A stretch of 62,434 nucleotides of DNA, counting the filler, from assembly GCA_964501035.1 (NCBI GenBank). It is 31 parts of 31 records of this genome, joined end to end, with 100 filler letters (N's around TTAATTAATTAA, not from the genome) between each part and the next. Parts side by side here need not be neighbours in the genome. Positions count along the whole stretch, not along the records: positions 9,329 to 11,516 come from CAZCRK010000132.1; positions 11,617 to 13,761 come from CAZCRK010000133.1; positions 13,862 to 15,959 come from CAZCRK010000134.1; positions 16,060 to 18,155 come from CAZCRK010000135.1; positions 18,256 to 20,333 come from CAZCRK010000137.1; 26 more parts are not named here. One strand, written 5' to 3'. Numbering within the stretch: position 1 is the first letter of the stretch; each line of letters begins with the position of its first letter. Made by a program: the position numbers and the translations under genes. Under the pieces are notes generated by a model. It was not told the origin of the DNA. It did no database searches and saw only the letters and a list, made by a program, of their open reading frames with translations. Positions 9,329 through 20,433 of this stretch are shown here, one piece after another.

Positions 9329-9881
9329 GATAATAATTAGTGGACGAACCCGGTTCAATTTCAATTGCATTTGCAATCGTTTCGTCATGTACATGAATAT
9401 AGGGTAGCAAACATGAAAAACTGGATGTAATATCTTTAAAGCGAAGAATATTAAAATACAATTCTAATAGTTGTTTTTCAACAAGTGTTAATGTTTCTTC
9501 TGGTTTAGAATGGATATCATTTAATAATTCTAAATGAGATTGTACAGCAATTGATAACTCCTCAAATGTATATTTATGCTCAGAGGACCATTCTAGTCCT
9601 AAACTTCTAACAACCTCTGGGTTTCGAACATTGAACACTTTATACGTAAGTGCTTTTTCATTATCCGTGGCAATATCAAACAACCAATCAACAGCATCTA
9701 CTTTTTCAGACTTTAGGGCTCGTTTTCCATAAAACCGTAACATTTGATTTCGTGCAAATGAATCCATGGGTTTAATACGTCCTTCTTCTTGGACAGGGAT
9801 ATGTTTAAAATCAAAATTTGAACCAAAACTACTTGATAAACTAAGGATGAAAATACTCAATAATACCATAATACGCTTCAC
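9329..9881 (-). CDS. Cytochrome c biogenesis protein CcsA-type, N-terminal periplasmic part (3'-truncated)
   Basis: IPVQEEGRIKPMDSFAR motif; directly downstream of the ResB-like gene. Confidence 0.75.
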
Positions 9882-10999
9882 TGTGATACCCTCCCAGATT
9901 TAGTTCTAAGTAATTTGGGAAGTTTAACGAGCATATGCAATAATAAACCTAAACTCATAATCAAACTGGAAATATATGGGAATAGTCGTCCATAATTTTT
10001 AACTGCAGATAATATAGTTGTATCTTTATCTGGTGCTTCACTGAATGAAGATTGATAAAATGTATATCCACGATGACGAAGCGGTTCATTCATTTCAATT
10101 AACACATTGCGTGAAATTTCATCTTCTATTAGATTTATATCTGAACTGAATGATTTTGCCATTCCAGTACCAGGGTGAAGGACTTTTTTAAAATCAATTA
10201 GTTCAAGTTCAAATGGTAAATATGTTCGTTGACGACGCAAAACTAAAGAATATTTTTCATCACCTACTTGAATATGTTGTGGTACTGACTGCCCGATAAA
10301 AAGAGAGTAAATTCCATCGGTGGCTTCATTAACACCAGTAATTTGAATTGTTACACCAGATTGATTCCTATTATCCTCTTTTTCATCATCAAATTGAATA
10401 AGTGCATAGTTTTTTGCTAATCCTTTATACTCAATACCGACAGGTACTGCTCGTTTGTGGGGTTTGCAATTTTTGTAATATTCTAAAACTTCTATTTTAA
10501 AGGGTACATGCTCACTTTGAATTGTATTATCAGAAAAGAGTTGGTTATCACTTATGGAAGTAATTTGGTCATATTCAGTTGGAGATGTGTTGATAATAGC
10601 TAACTCTTTATGATGAGAGTCAATCACATAGTTTACAGATTCACCTTCTTCTATAATCATGGATCCCTCAGCACTAAAGTAAGCGGTGAGACCACCACCA
10701 ATTAGAAGTAAAATTGCACCTCCATGTGTAATTATGATTCCAATTTTCTTCAATGACCACAAATATGGTTTAAACATAAATGAAATCATATTCACAAACA
10801 TAAGCAACATGGTTATTCGTCCCCCAGGAGTGGGAATGAATCCTATCCAAGCTATCCAACTGGAAAAGTACTTCTGTTGTGCTGCAAACAATCCCATGTC
10901 TCTTTGTGCAAGCGTTCCTAAAACAACGAGCACCATCATCCAAGAAATGGTAAAAACAAAAATTTTGGTATTAGATAATAAAGAGATAACTCGTTTCAT
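9878..10999 (-). CDS. resB: Cytochrome c biogenesis protein ResB/CcsB family
   Basis: LVVLGTLAQ TM segment, THGG heme His, LPFELELIDF, FSSDI, IEMNEPLRHRGYTFYQSS. Confidence 0.85.
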   Translation of the reverse strand: MKRVISLLSNTKIFVFTISWMMVLVVLGTLAQRDMGLFAAQQKYFSSWIAWIGFIPTPGGRITMLLMFVNMISFMFKPYLWSLKKIGIIITHGGAILLLIGGGLTAYFSAEGSMIIEEGESVNYVIDSHHKELAIINTSPTEYDQITSISDNQLFSDNTIQSEHVPFKIEVLEYYKNCKPHKRAVPVGIEYKGLAKNYALIQFDDEKEDNRNQSGVTIQITGVNEATDGIYSLFIGQSVPQHIQVGDEKYSLVLRRQRTYLPFELELIDFKKVLHPGTGMAKSFSSDINLIEDEISRNVLIEMNEPLRHRGYTFYQSSFSEAPDKDTTILSAVKNYGRLFPYISSLIMSLGLLLHMLVKLPKLLRTKSGRVSQ

Positions 11000-11007
11000 T
11001 AATTCTC

Positions 11008-11516
11008 CTAATGTCCCGATTTAGAAAATGATGAACAAAATGATGTAAAATCAGATTGAACTTCATCGATTGCTTCACTATGTAAATTTAGTTTTATAAA
11101 GAGAGTTTTACTTTGAAGCTCAATGATAGAAGCCATCATAGCTGTTTCTGGCCTTGAATCATTAATTAAGATAAACATTTTAAATTTACCCAGTTTGCTA
11201 GACCCATCAATAGCTGAAGCATGTATTTCGTGACTGGTTTGTGCTGAAAGTCCAATTTGTCCTCGCCACCGATTGATATTCGCTTCAAGACCACCACCAT
11301 TACCACCTAGTTGTATTACAGAACAATCACCATCACCTTGTGAAGTAGGTACAGAAAAACTTGCAAGACGCATCGAATGTCCAGCTGACTCAACCCAAGA
11401 ACTTGGAGTATCCCATGAAAATCCTGTTGGTGCTTTATTTGGTGAAGATTGGTGTTGCTCTGGTTGGCTTGAAGGTGTTGTTTTAGAAATACGATATGTT
11501 TGAATATCATTAGAAT
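11008..11516 (-). CDS. Conserved hypothetical protein of System II cytochrome c biogenesis loci (5'-truncated)
   Basis: Open to the contig end: QTYRISK...WDTPSSW...MRLASF...GGLEANINRWRGQIGL. Confidence 0.7.
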
Positions 11517-11616
11517 NNNNNNNNNNNNNNNNNNNNNNNNNNNNNNNNNNNNNNNNNNNNTTAATTAATTAANNNNNNNNNNNNNNNNNNNNNNNNNNNN
11601 NNNNNNNNNNNNNNNN

Positions 11617-13761
11617 TGAATGAGTTTCCTATTGTTTCCGGTGATAACACCTTGGCTGTTGAAGTTCATAATTATAATACTTCATCATCCGATCTGAGCT
11701 GTATTCCTTTTCTCACTTTGGGCTATAATTCAGAAATAGATAATGCAACAGAGCCTCATCAATTAATGGTATTACCTAGCTCCTACTTGCATACAAATTT
11801 TAAGTTAAGTTCAAATGGTGATAATCTAATATTATCTGATCAAGGTGAGAATGTCATCGATTCTATTTTTACGGGCACGTTGGAGACAGATATGTCTTTT
11901 GGTCGATATTTTGAAACTAGTTCCTGGGTTTTGTTCGCTGAGCCTACACCCGGTTCTTCAAACTCAACATCATCCTATGCCGGTGCGCTATCGCCTATTG
12001 AGTTTTCTATGGCATCAGGTTTTTATAACCAGGCTCAGATCTCAGTTGAATTAAGTAGTCCTGATGAATCCGCCACAATATATTTTACTACAGATGGCAC
12101 TACACCAACCATGGATGATTTTAATTATGGGTATTCTATTCCATTGACCAGCACAACAGTAATCAGGGCACGGGCATTTCTGAATGGCTGGCTGCCATCA
12201 GAAACGGAATCTAAAACATATATTTTTGGTGAAGACGAAGCAGAAGGTTTGCCTGTAGTGTTTCTTTCAACAGATCCAAGCACCTTTTTTGATGAAGATA
12301 CCGGAATGTATGTTATGGGGCCTAATGCAAGCTGGGATTTTCCTTACTTTGGAGCAAATTTTTGGGAGGACTGGGAGCGTTCGATCCATTTTGAGATACT
12401 TGAAACTGATGGCTCAGGTTACTCAGCCAACGCAGGTGTTAAGATATTTGGTGGCTGGAGCAGGGCATTACCTCAAAAATCTCTTTCCATTTTTTCCAGA
12501 AGTTATTATGGTCCTAGTACTTTTGATTACGGTCTATTTCCTGATTCTGAAATTGATAGTTACGAAGCATTTATACTACGCAATTCTGGGAACGATTGGG
12601 AATCCACCATGCTAAGAGACGGATTTATCACCAGTTTAACCAATGACCTAAATATAGACCACCAGCAGTACCGCCCTGCAGTATTATACTTAAATGGGGA
12701 ATTTTGGGGAATACAAAATATCCGCGAGAAAGTGAATGAACATTTCCTTGCATCTCATCATTTGATCAATGCTGAGAATATTGATCTACTCGATATTCAA
12801 GGAGTCAACGAAGAGAATATTGTTCATGGTACAAATATAGATTATGTGAATCTTTTAGATTATCTACAAAACCAAGATATGGGAGATCCTATTGTTCAAA
12901 ACGCTCTGGAAAACTGGATTGATATTGAGTCCTACATGAGTTATCAGGCATTCCAGATTTTTATTGATAACCAGGATTGGCCAGGGAATAATATTAAATT
13001 TTGGAGAGATCACCGGGTTGGAGGGAAATGGCGCTGGATATTATATGATACAGATTTTGGATTCAGCATTTGGGATTCCTATGCCTACACGCATAATACC
13101 CTTAGTTTTGCCCTGGAACCAAACGGACCAGGATGGCCTAACCCACCATGGAGTACTTTTCTATTCAGAAGGTTGATGGACAATGATCATTTTAAGAATT
13201 CATTTATTAATATTTACTGTGATCTGCTGAACACTGTTTTCCAACCAGATTATCTTATAAGCCACCTTGATTCAATAGCCAATAATATTGAAGATATTAT
13301 TCCTGTCCATCGAGCCAGATGGTATAATAATGGCAATTGGCCTAATTCTGCTGTGAACTGGCAGAATAAAATTAATACAATGGCAAATTTTAGCATCAAC
13401 AGAAGGTCTTATGCTATTAACCATATTAAGAATGAATTTGACCTGCCAAATATTGCTCAGACATCCTTGAATATTGTTCCTGATGGGGCTGGCTCAATCC
13501 AGCTAAACACCTTAAAGATTATAGAATCAGGCTGGAATGGCTATTATTTCCCAACAATTCCAATTGAAGCCAGGGCAATTCCAAACGAAGGGTTTCAATT
13601 CAGTAGTTGGCTGGAATTTCCAGATTCAAATGCAACAATCCATGTACAGGTTACAGACCCCTTTACATTGACCGCGGTGTTTATCCCCACGAATCTCATT
13701 TCAGGCACTACAGTAATTAATGAAATAAATTATAATTCCAGCGATGATTATAACTCGGATG
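11617..13761 (+). CDS. CotH kinase-family secreted protein with LTD and Fn3/chitobiase-like domains (both ends truncated)
   Basis: PTPGSSN; IYFTTDGTTP; LRNSGND; YLNGEFWG...REK; DWPGNN; WRWILYDTDFG; VINEINY. Confidence 0.88.
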
Positions 13762-13861
13762 NNNNNNNNNNNNNNNNNNNNNNNNNNNNNNNNNNNNNNN
13801 NNNNNTTAATTAATTAANNNNNNNNNNNNNNNNNNNNNNNNNNNNNNNNNNNNNNNNNNNN

Positions 13862-14136
13862 TTAGCATCAGTTTTTGGCATTTCATCTTTTGGAATCCAA
13901 TCTACCATGTTTGGATATTCGTAGATGGCTTCATTGATAGACTTACCAATCTTATTCTCTCCAACGTCAAATCCTGCGACAAAATCTATGTCATAAATTG
14001 AATAATCCTTCAATTTATCATGAATTATTCCAATAATTTCTTGTGATGGGTTTTTTCTATAATACTCTATTCCTTGAATTAAACCAGAAAAACAGTTGCC
14101 TAGACCAACTAGTGCGACTTTGATTTTCTCAGTCAT
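13862..14136 (-). CDS. ino1: myo-inositol-1-phosphate synthase, N-terminus (archaeal-type, 3'-truncated)
   Basis: IKVALVGLGNCFSGLIQGIEYY...FVAGFDV..KIGK. Confidence 0.88.
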
Positions 14137-14185
14137 TTGCAATCACACTCACAAATTGCCATAAATACATTCCTAAGACCATATA

Positions 14186-14198
14186 GAAAAATTATAAA
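14186..14198 (+). promoter_or_regulatory. Archaeal BRE/TATA-like promoter
   Basis: GAAAAA-TTATAAA ends 24 nt before ATG 14223, consistent with a leaderless archaeal transcript. Confidence 0.5.
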
Positions 14199-14222
14199 CA
14201 TAGTATTTGGAATAACTACTCA

Positions 14223-14930
14223 ATGAGTTACGAACTTGAGATTAAAGAAATTACACCTATAGATATCGATGGTGGTTTTATGGTTAATGGATTCCCATCA
14301 ACTGGAATTGCTAGTGCAATTGCTACAGAATCTATCATTAATGCGTCAAAATTTGAAGTTTCTGCTATTATAGATTCTGACTCATTTCCACCAATAAGCG
14401 TAATTAAGAATGGTCAACCCAATTATCCAAGTAGAATATTTACAAATAAAGATCTAAACACTGCAATATTTTCATCATATCTTACATTAGATGTAAGTTT
14501 TCACAAAAGTGCGGCAAGAATGATGCTAAAATGGTGTAAAGAAAAGAAATGTTCTACTATAATCAGTTGCATTACAATGAATACACAATCTAAAGAAATC
14601 TTTGGTGTTGCGTCAACTGGAACTGCACGTGGAAAACTAATTGATGCTAAAATAGATATTGTTGAACATGGAACAATTCCAGGAATTTCTGGTGTTTTAT
14701 TAAATGAAGGGATGCTTAATGGACAAAATGTAATAGTATTAGTTGTGAGCTCAGATACACGTGGACCTGATTTTAGAGCAAGTTCAAGACTTTGTGATGG
14801 TCTATCAAAAATTATTCCTGGTGTCTCATATAATGCAGATAAACTAGAGATTGAAGCAAGACAAATTGAAGAGCAAATGAAACAGGTGGAGACTGATAGG
14901 AAAGATCTTGCTGATAATATCTATGGATAA
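14223..14930 (+). CDS. Proteasome assembly chaperone PAC2 family (archaeal)
   Basis: GFPSTGIASAIA, FPP.S, GISGVLL, GPDFRA, C-terminal HbYX-like IYG. Confidence 0.85.
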   Translation: MSYELEIKEITPIDIDGGFMVNGFPSTGIASAIATESIINASKFEVSAIIDSDSFPPISVIKNGQPNYPSRIFTNKDLNTAIFSSYLTLDVSFHKSAARMMLKWCKEKKCSTIISCITMNTQSKEIFGVASTGTARGKLIDAKIDIVEHGTIPGISGVLLNEGMLNGQNVIVLVVSSDTRGPDFRASSRLCDGLSKIIPGVSYNADKLEIEARQIEEQMKQVETDRKDLADNIYG

Positions 14931-14948
14931 ATAAATTAAAAATCAAAT

Positions 14949-15563
14949 ATGGAACAGTTTTTAGGTTTTGCACTAACTGTTATTATTATTTCTATATCAG
15001 GTGTTATGTCGCCTGGACCATTATTTACTTCAAATATTATACATGGATTAAAAGAAGGGACAAACTCTGGAATAAAAATTGCTGCGGGTCACACAGTTGT
15101 AGAACTCCCGTTGATAATCTTACTTGGTATTGGAGTAATAAGCTTGGAGATGATTCCAGAATTCAAGACCACAATTGTAATTTTAGGTGCAATTGGACTT
15201 TTTGGATTTGCGGGATTACAAATAAAAAATATCTTGACAAAAAAAACACAGACTAATACAAAAATAAAACACGGAGCATTTTTTACTGGTATTTTATTTA
15301 GTGCACTAAATCCATTTTTTATAATTTGGTGGATTACAATTGGTTTCAAGTTAATATCAGATTCTATAGAAATCTGGTCATTTTGGGGAATAGGTATACT
15401 ATTTGGTGTTCACATATGGATGGATTTTCTATGGTTAGGTTTTGTTGCTTTTTCTGCATCAAAAGCATCAAATTTACTGTCAAATCAAAACTACCGTATA
15501 GTTATGATTAGTCTTAGTGGAATTTTAATTTATTTTGGGATTAATTTTATTCTAGAGATTTAA
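14949..15563 (+). CDS. LysE-family translocator
   Basis: SGVMSPGPL, GHTVVE, LNPFFIIWW; six TM segments. Confidence 0.88.
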   Translation: MEQFLGFALTVIIISISGVMSPGPLFTSNIIHGLKEGTNSGIKIAAGHTVVELPLIILLGIGVISLEMIPEFKTTIVILGAIGLFGFAGLQIKNILTKKTQTNTKIKHGAFFTGILFSALNPFFIIWWITIGFKLISDSIEIWSFWGIGILFGVHIWMDFLWLGFVAFSASKASNLLSNQNYRIVMISLSGILIYFGINFILEI

Positions 15564-15568
15564 TTGGA

Positions 15569-15959
15569 TTATTTATGAGACATATCTATTTCAATTGTAG
15601 AAACATTTCGTGATTTACCATCATTAGATTTTAGTGAATCAGATGATATACGGACATCTTTGACAAAATAACCAACTGTATCCATTCTCTTTAGAATGAA
15701 TTGTGATATGTCAACTGCTTGTGTAATTGATTTTCCACGAGACTTAATTGTGACTACTGGTGATACAGACAACTGTGTTAATGTTGCATTAACATATGTC
15801 ATTAATGGTTTCTTACCAACAAAAATGATGTCACGTGGTTGATCCGATTCTTTAATTTGTGTAGTTTTTTCTCCAGTCTTTTCTTCTGGTTGTTCCACAA
15901 CTGGCTTTTCTTCTGGTTGTTCCACAACTGGCTTTTCTTCTGGTTGTTCCACAACTGGC
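15569..15959 (-). CDS. alba: Alba DNA/RNA-binding protein with acidic repeat N-terminus (5'-truncated)
   Basis: IFVGKKPLMTYV, IKSRGKSITQAVD, RNVSTIEI. Confidence 0.88.
15878..15959. repeat. 27-bp coding tandem repeat (at least 3 copies, PVVEQPEEK)
   Basis: CTTTTCTTCTGGTTGTTCCACAACTGG x3; the contig ends inside the array. Confidence 0.95.
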
Positions 15960-16060
15960 NNNNNNNNNNNNNNNNNNNNNNNNNNNNNNNNNNNNNNNNN
16001 NNNTTAATTAATTAANNNNNNNNNNNNNNNNNNNNNNNNNNNNNNNNNNNNNNNNNNNNT

Positions 16061-17782
16061 GATGATTGTTTCTCAAATTACCATGACTGTAACGGAGTAT
16101 GTGACGGTGATGCGCAAATCCTTAACTATTGCTATGATTCAGATGGTGATGGTTTAGGTAATGGTTCAATTTCACAAGAATTTTGTAGTGCTGATGTTTT
16201 AGATGGTTTTGTTGAAGATTGTTCAGATGAAGATGACGATTGTTATTCAAACATTCACGATTGTGCCGGAACATGTAATGGTGATGCGTATGTAGATAAT
16301 TGCGGAACATGTGATAATAATTCTGAAAATGATTGTGTGCAGGATTGTACTGGTGAATGGGGTGGAACAGCTGAAATAATCACAGTTTGTTATGATGCTG
16401 ACTTAGACGAATATGGTGACCCTTTAACTGAGCAAGAAGTTTGTGATGCATATCTTGAAACAGGTTGGTTGGAAGATTGTTCTGATGAAAATGACAGCAT
16501 TTATTGTGAATCTAATTTTATTGATAATTGTGATGTTTGTGATGGTGATGATTCATCCTGTACAGGTTGTATGGATGAAAATGCGCTAAACTTTGATTAT
16601 GAAGCAACAATTGCATGTGATGATTGCTGTGAATACACAGTTCAATATGATGTTTCATTGGATTATGGTGCGAACCTAATTAGTTTGTTTGCAATACCTG
16701 AGGATAATTCCGTTGAGAGTATTATGAGTGGAATTGAAGAAAACATACTTGGTATTTTAGGAGAATCTTCTGGTGCTAGTTATTATAATGGATCATGGTT
16801 AGGATCACTTACTGAGATTGATAGTAGAAGTGGTTATTGGTTTAAATTATCTGGTGATGATATTCTTTCAATTGATGGTTATCCAACTGACCCTAATACT
16901 GTGTATGTGCTTGATGGAATTGCCAATTTAATTTCATATCCATTTGCTGGATCCAGCCCAATTGAAGAGACTATTCCACTTGATGTTCAAGATGACTTAT
17001 TGGCCATTATTTCTGATGGAGCAATTGCATACAACTTTGATGATGATGGATGGCAAGGTGCTTTAGATAATTTATCTGGTACAAATGGATATTGGTTTAT
17101 TTTAAAAGAAGGTGTTTCTGATGTATCATTCAGTTTTACACCACCTGCTAACCTAATCAGAGAAAGTGCAAATAAACATCAAACTCCAATAGGATTTGAA
17201 TTTGCACATTCTTCTCAACAAGCATTTTATTTTGTAGATACCATTGTGGGTGCTGAAATTGGTGATTGGGTTATTGCATTAAACAATAATACAATTGTAG
17301 GCGCACGAGAATGGAATGGGCATAAAATTGATATTCCTGTAATGGGATTTGATAATGAAGATTACTCTCTTGGATATTGTGAAAGTGGAGATATTCCTCA
17401 GTTTTTACTATTAAAAGAAAATGGTGATTTAGTAAATCTTTATGGGTCGATAGAATCATGGGATGAAAACCAAATTGCAATGGTAGATGTATTGACAGAT
17501 GAGGATTTAACTATTCCTTCAGATGTAACGTTATCTTCAGCATATCCAAATCCATTTAATCCATCAACTCAGGTAAATTATTCAATTCCAAATGATATGC
17601 ATGTTTCATTAACGGTAATTGATATGCAAGGTAGAGTTGTAGAAACTTTAATAGATGGATTTATGGAAAAAGGGTTCTATGAAATTCAATGGAATGCTAC
17701 CTCACATTCAAGTGGTATTTATATGATAACACTAGGAACGCCAAGTGATGTAAGAACGACTAAAGTAGTTCTTGTAAAATAA
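16061..17782 (+). CDS. Cys/Asp-rich secreted protein with T9SS-type C-terminal domain (5'-truncated)
   Basis: Open from the contig start; DC.G.C.G and CY.D.D.D..G repeats; GANLIS/ANLISYP modules; AYPNPFNPST...KVVLVK. Confidence 0.85.
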   Translation, partial: DDCFSNYHDCNGVCDGDAQILNYCYDSDGDGLGNGSISQEFCSADVLDGFVEDCSDEDDDCYSNIHDCAGTCNGDAYVDNCGTCDNNSENDCVQDCTGEWGGTAEIITVCYDADLDEYGDPLTEQEVCDAYLETGWLEDCSDENDSIYCESNFIDNCDVCDGDDSSCTGCMDENALNFDYEATIACDDCCEYTVQYDVSLDYGANLISLFAIPEDNSVESIMSGIEENILGILGESSGASYYNGSWLGSLTEIDSRSGYWFKLSGDDILSIDGYPTDPNTVYVLDGIANLISYPFAGSSPIEETIPLDVQDDLLAIISDGAIAYNFDDDGWQGALDNLSGTNGYWFILKEGVSDVSFSFTPPANLIRESANKHQTPIGFEFAHSSQQAFYFVDTIVGAEIGDWVIALNNNTIVGAREWNGHKIDIPVMGFDNEDYSLGYCESGDIPQFLLLKENGDLVNLYGSIESWDENQIAMVDVLTDEDLTIPSDVTLSSAYPNPFNPSTQVNYSIPNDMHVSLTVIDMQGRVVETLIDGFMEKGFYEIQWNATSHSSGIYMITLGTPSDVRTTKVVLVK

Positions 17783-17869
17783 TGAAATCAAACTGTGGGG
17801 TTTGTTTACTCAATTGACGTTTACAAGCCTCATTGTTAACAGACTAAATAGGTCAGATATGGAGAAAAT

Positions 17870-18155
17870 ATGAAACGAATTAATTTTGTTTTATCGATAC
17901 TATTCACATTAACAGCACAATTTGCATTTTCTCAAAATTGGGAAGTAAACCCCTCTGCTTATGAGTTTAATGGATCAATAACTGCAACGGTGTATATTGA
18001 TGGTACTATAATGAATGAGGGCACACTTGCTGCATTTGTAGGAGATGAAGTTCGAGGTGTACAGGATGCTTTGTTTTTTCCACCAGCTGGAATTTATTAC
18101 TTTCCAATTATGGTGTATTCAAATGCTACAAGTGGAGAGACTCTTAACTTTAAAT
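17870..18155 (+). CDS. Secreted protein N-terminus with W.VNP..YEFNGSITA module (3'-truncated)
   Basis: GGAG RBS and signal peptide; module shared with the 34994 and 36380 ORFs. Confidence 0.8.
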
Positions 18156-18283
18156 NNNNNNNNNNNNNNNNNNNNNNNNNNNNNNNNNNNNNNNNNNNNT
18201 TAATTAATTAANNNNNNNNNNNNNNNNNNNNNNNNNNNNNNNNNNNNNNNNNNNNAAAATTTGAACATTATTTAGGAGAATTC

Positions 18284-19114
18284 ATGAACATTCAGTGGGA
18301 AAAGATTAAAGATTATACAGATATTCGATATGAACGCGGAGTCGGTGATGCAAAGGGTATAAACAAAATTACCATCAACCGGCCCGAAGTAAGAAATTCT
18401 TTTAGACCTCAAACTGTATTTGAGTTAAAAGAAGCATTCGATTTTGCTCGAGAAGATCAAACTGCAGGAGTTATTGTTTTGGCTGGCGAAGGCAAAGATG
18501 CCTTTTGTGCAGGTGGTGACCAAAAAATACGTGGTGATGCTGGATACGTTGGATCCGATGGAGTTCCACGTTTAAACATTTTAGATGTTCAAAAACAAAT
18601 TCGCTATATGCCAAAACCTGTGGTTGCAATGGTAGCCGGGTATGCTGTGGGTGGAGGACATGTTCTTCATATGTTATGTGATTTAACTATTGCATCCGAT
18701 AATGCAAAATTTGGTCAAACCGGTCCCAAAGTTGGCTCTTTTGATGGTGGTTGGGGAGCTTCGTATATGGCTCGTATTATTGGCCAAAAACGAGCAAGAG
18801 AAATTTGGTATTTATGTCGATTTTATGATGCACAAAAAGCACTTGATTGGGGGCTTGTCAATGAAGTTGTTCCCTATGAAAAATTAGAAGAAGAAACTGT
18901 GCAATGGTGTAAAGAAATGTTGGAAAAATCACCTCTTTCTCTTCGATTACTCAAAGCATCTCTCAACGCAGATTGTGATGGTCAAGCAGGATTACAACAA
19001 CTTGCAGGTGATGCTACACTTCTGTTTTACATGACTGAAGAAGCACAAGAAGGTCGTGATGCATTTAAGGAAAAACGACCACCCGAGTTTGATAAGTTTC
19101 CTCGATTACCCTAG
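18284..19114 (+). CDS. menB: 1,4-dihydroxy-2-naphthoyl-CoA synthase
   Basis: [50 protein letters not shown]. Confidence 0.97.
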   Translation: MNIQWEKIKDYTDIRYERGVGDAKGINKITINRPEVRNSFRPQTVFELKEAFDFAREDQTAGVIVLAGEGKDAFCAGGDQKIRGDAGYVGSDGVPRLNILDVQKQIRYMPKPVVAMVAGYAVGGGHVLHMLCDLTIASDNAKFGQTGPKVGSFDGGWGASYMARIIGQKRAREIWYLCRFYDAQKALDWGLVNEVVPYEKLEEETVQWCKEMLEKSPLSLRLLKASLNADCDGQAGLQQLAGDATLLFYMTEEAQEGRDAFKEKRPPEFDKFPRLP

Positions 19115-19195
19115 TGATTGAAAAGTTAGAAGTAGAAAGTATCAAAGTTAACAATTGTTTCATTCATCAACATTTTTATTAATCGTAGATTATCC

Positions 19196-20071
19196 ATGGT
19201 AGTTCGAATAAATAAATGGTTGGTAGCCATTCGACCGAAAACATTAACGGCATCAATTTCACCTGTAATTGTAGGTTTGGCGTATGCATACTCACTGCAG
19301 GAGTTAAACATTTTTGTGGCTTTAGTAACATTACTTTCTGCATTACTCATTCAAATTGGTTCAAACTTTGCTAACGATGTGTATGACTTTTTAAAAGGTA
19401 CCGATAATGAGGACAGGTTAGGCCCAAAACGAGCAACTCAATCTGGGTTAATCACACCAAATGAAATGAAAAAAGCAATGTTGCTTGTTTTCACGAGTGC
19501 GTTGTTACTGGGGTGCTATCTAGCTTGGATAGGTGGTTGGGTAATTGTTGCCATTGGAACATTATCCATAATTTCAGCGATTGCGTATACGGGTGGCCCT
19601 TATCCATTAGGATATCACGGTTGGGGTGATGTATTTGTGTTCATGTTTTTCGGAATTGTTGCAGTACCTGGTACATTTTTTCTGCAAACCGGTGAAGTTG
19701 ACACAAATGTTTTTTTACTTGGAGCAGGGATTGGGGCATTATCTACAGCTATATTGGTTGTAAATAATGTACGAGATGCAGATACCGATGTTAAAACAGG
19801 TAAAAAAACATTGGCAGTTCGTTTCGGAAAATCATTCAGTAAATATCAATATGCAGTATTAATGTTAATTGCCTTTGGCATCCCCGTGTATTTGGCAGAA
19901 ACATGTAACATTTTTCCGCTCTATCTACCCATATTTTTAATTCCAGTTGCAGGCAAATTAATACTTCAAGTATTTTTTGAAGAGGGGATAGTATTGAATG
20001 AAGTACTTGTTAAAACTGCTCGTTTATTGTTTCTGTATTCTATCGTACTATCTATGGGTTTCATCTTATGA
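19196..20071 (+). CDS. menA: DHNA polyprenyltransferase
   Basis: AIRPKTL, NFANDVYDFLKGTD, YTGGPYPLGY, VNNVRD..TD..GKKTLAVRFG. Confidence 0.95.
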   Translation: MVVRINKWLVAIRPKTLTASISPVIVGLAYAYSLQELNIFVALVTLLSALLIQIGSNFANDVYDFLKGTDNEDRLGPKRATQSGLITPNEMKKAMLLVFTSALLLGCYLAWIGGWVIVAIGTLSIISAIAYTGGPYPLGYHGWGDVFVFMFFGIVAVPGTFFLQTGEVDTNVFLLGAGIGALSTAILVVNNVRDADTDVKTGKKTLAVRFGKSFSKYQYAVLMLIAFGIPVYLAETCNIFPLYLPIFLIPVAGKLILQVFFEEGIVLNEVLVKTARLLFLYSIVLSMGFIL

Positions 20072-20333
20072 AATTAACAGAAATTGGTATCAAACAATTC
20101 ACACTTCCGTTTAAAAAACCTTTCGAGACTGCACAAGGTGAATATTCTAAACGAACCGGGATACATATTTATGGATCTAACGGTGTTATAACAGGAATTG
20201 GTGAAGCATCTCCTTTGCCAGGATTTAGTAATGAAACTCTAAGTGAAACTATCCATGTTTGTAATCATTTTATAAAATATGTTTTACATAGAGAGTTTGC
20301 ATTTGATGAAATGATGCATCATATTCAAAGATT
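20068..20333 (+). CDS. menC: o-succinylbenzoate synthase, N-terminus (3'-truncated)
   Basis: LPFKKPFETA.G...R.G...GIGEASPLPGFS.E; men operon context. Confidence 0.85.
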
Positions 20334-20433
20334 NNNNNNNNNNNNNNNNNNNNNNNNNNNNNNNNNNNNNNNNNNNNTTAATTAATTAANNNNNNNNNNN
20401 NNNNNNNNNNNNNNNNNNNNNNNNNNNNNNNNN

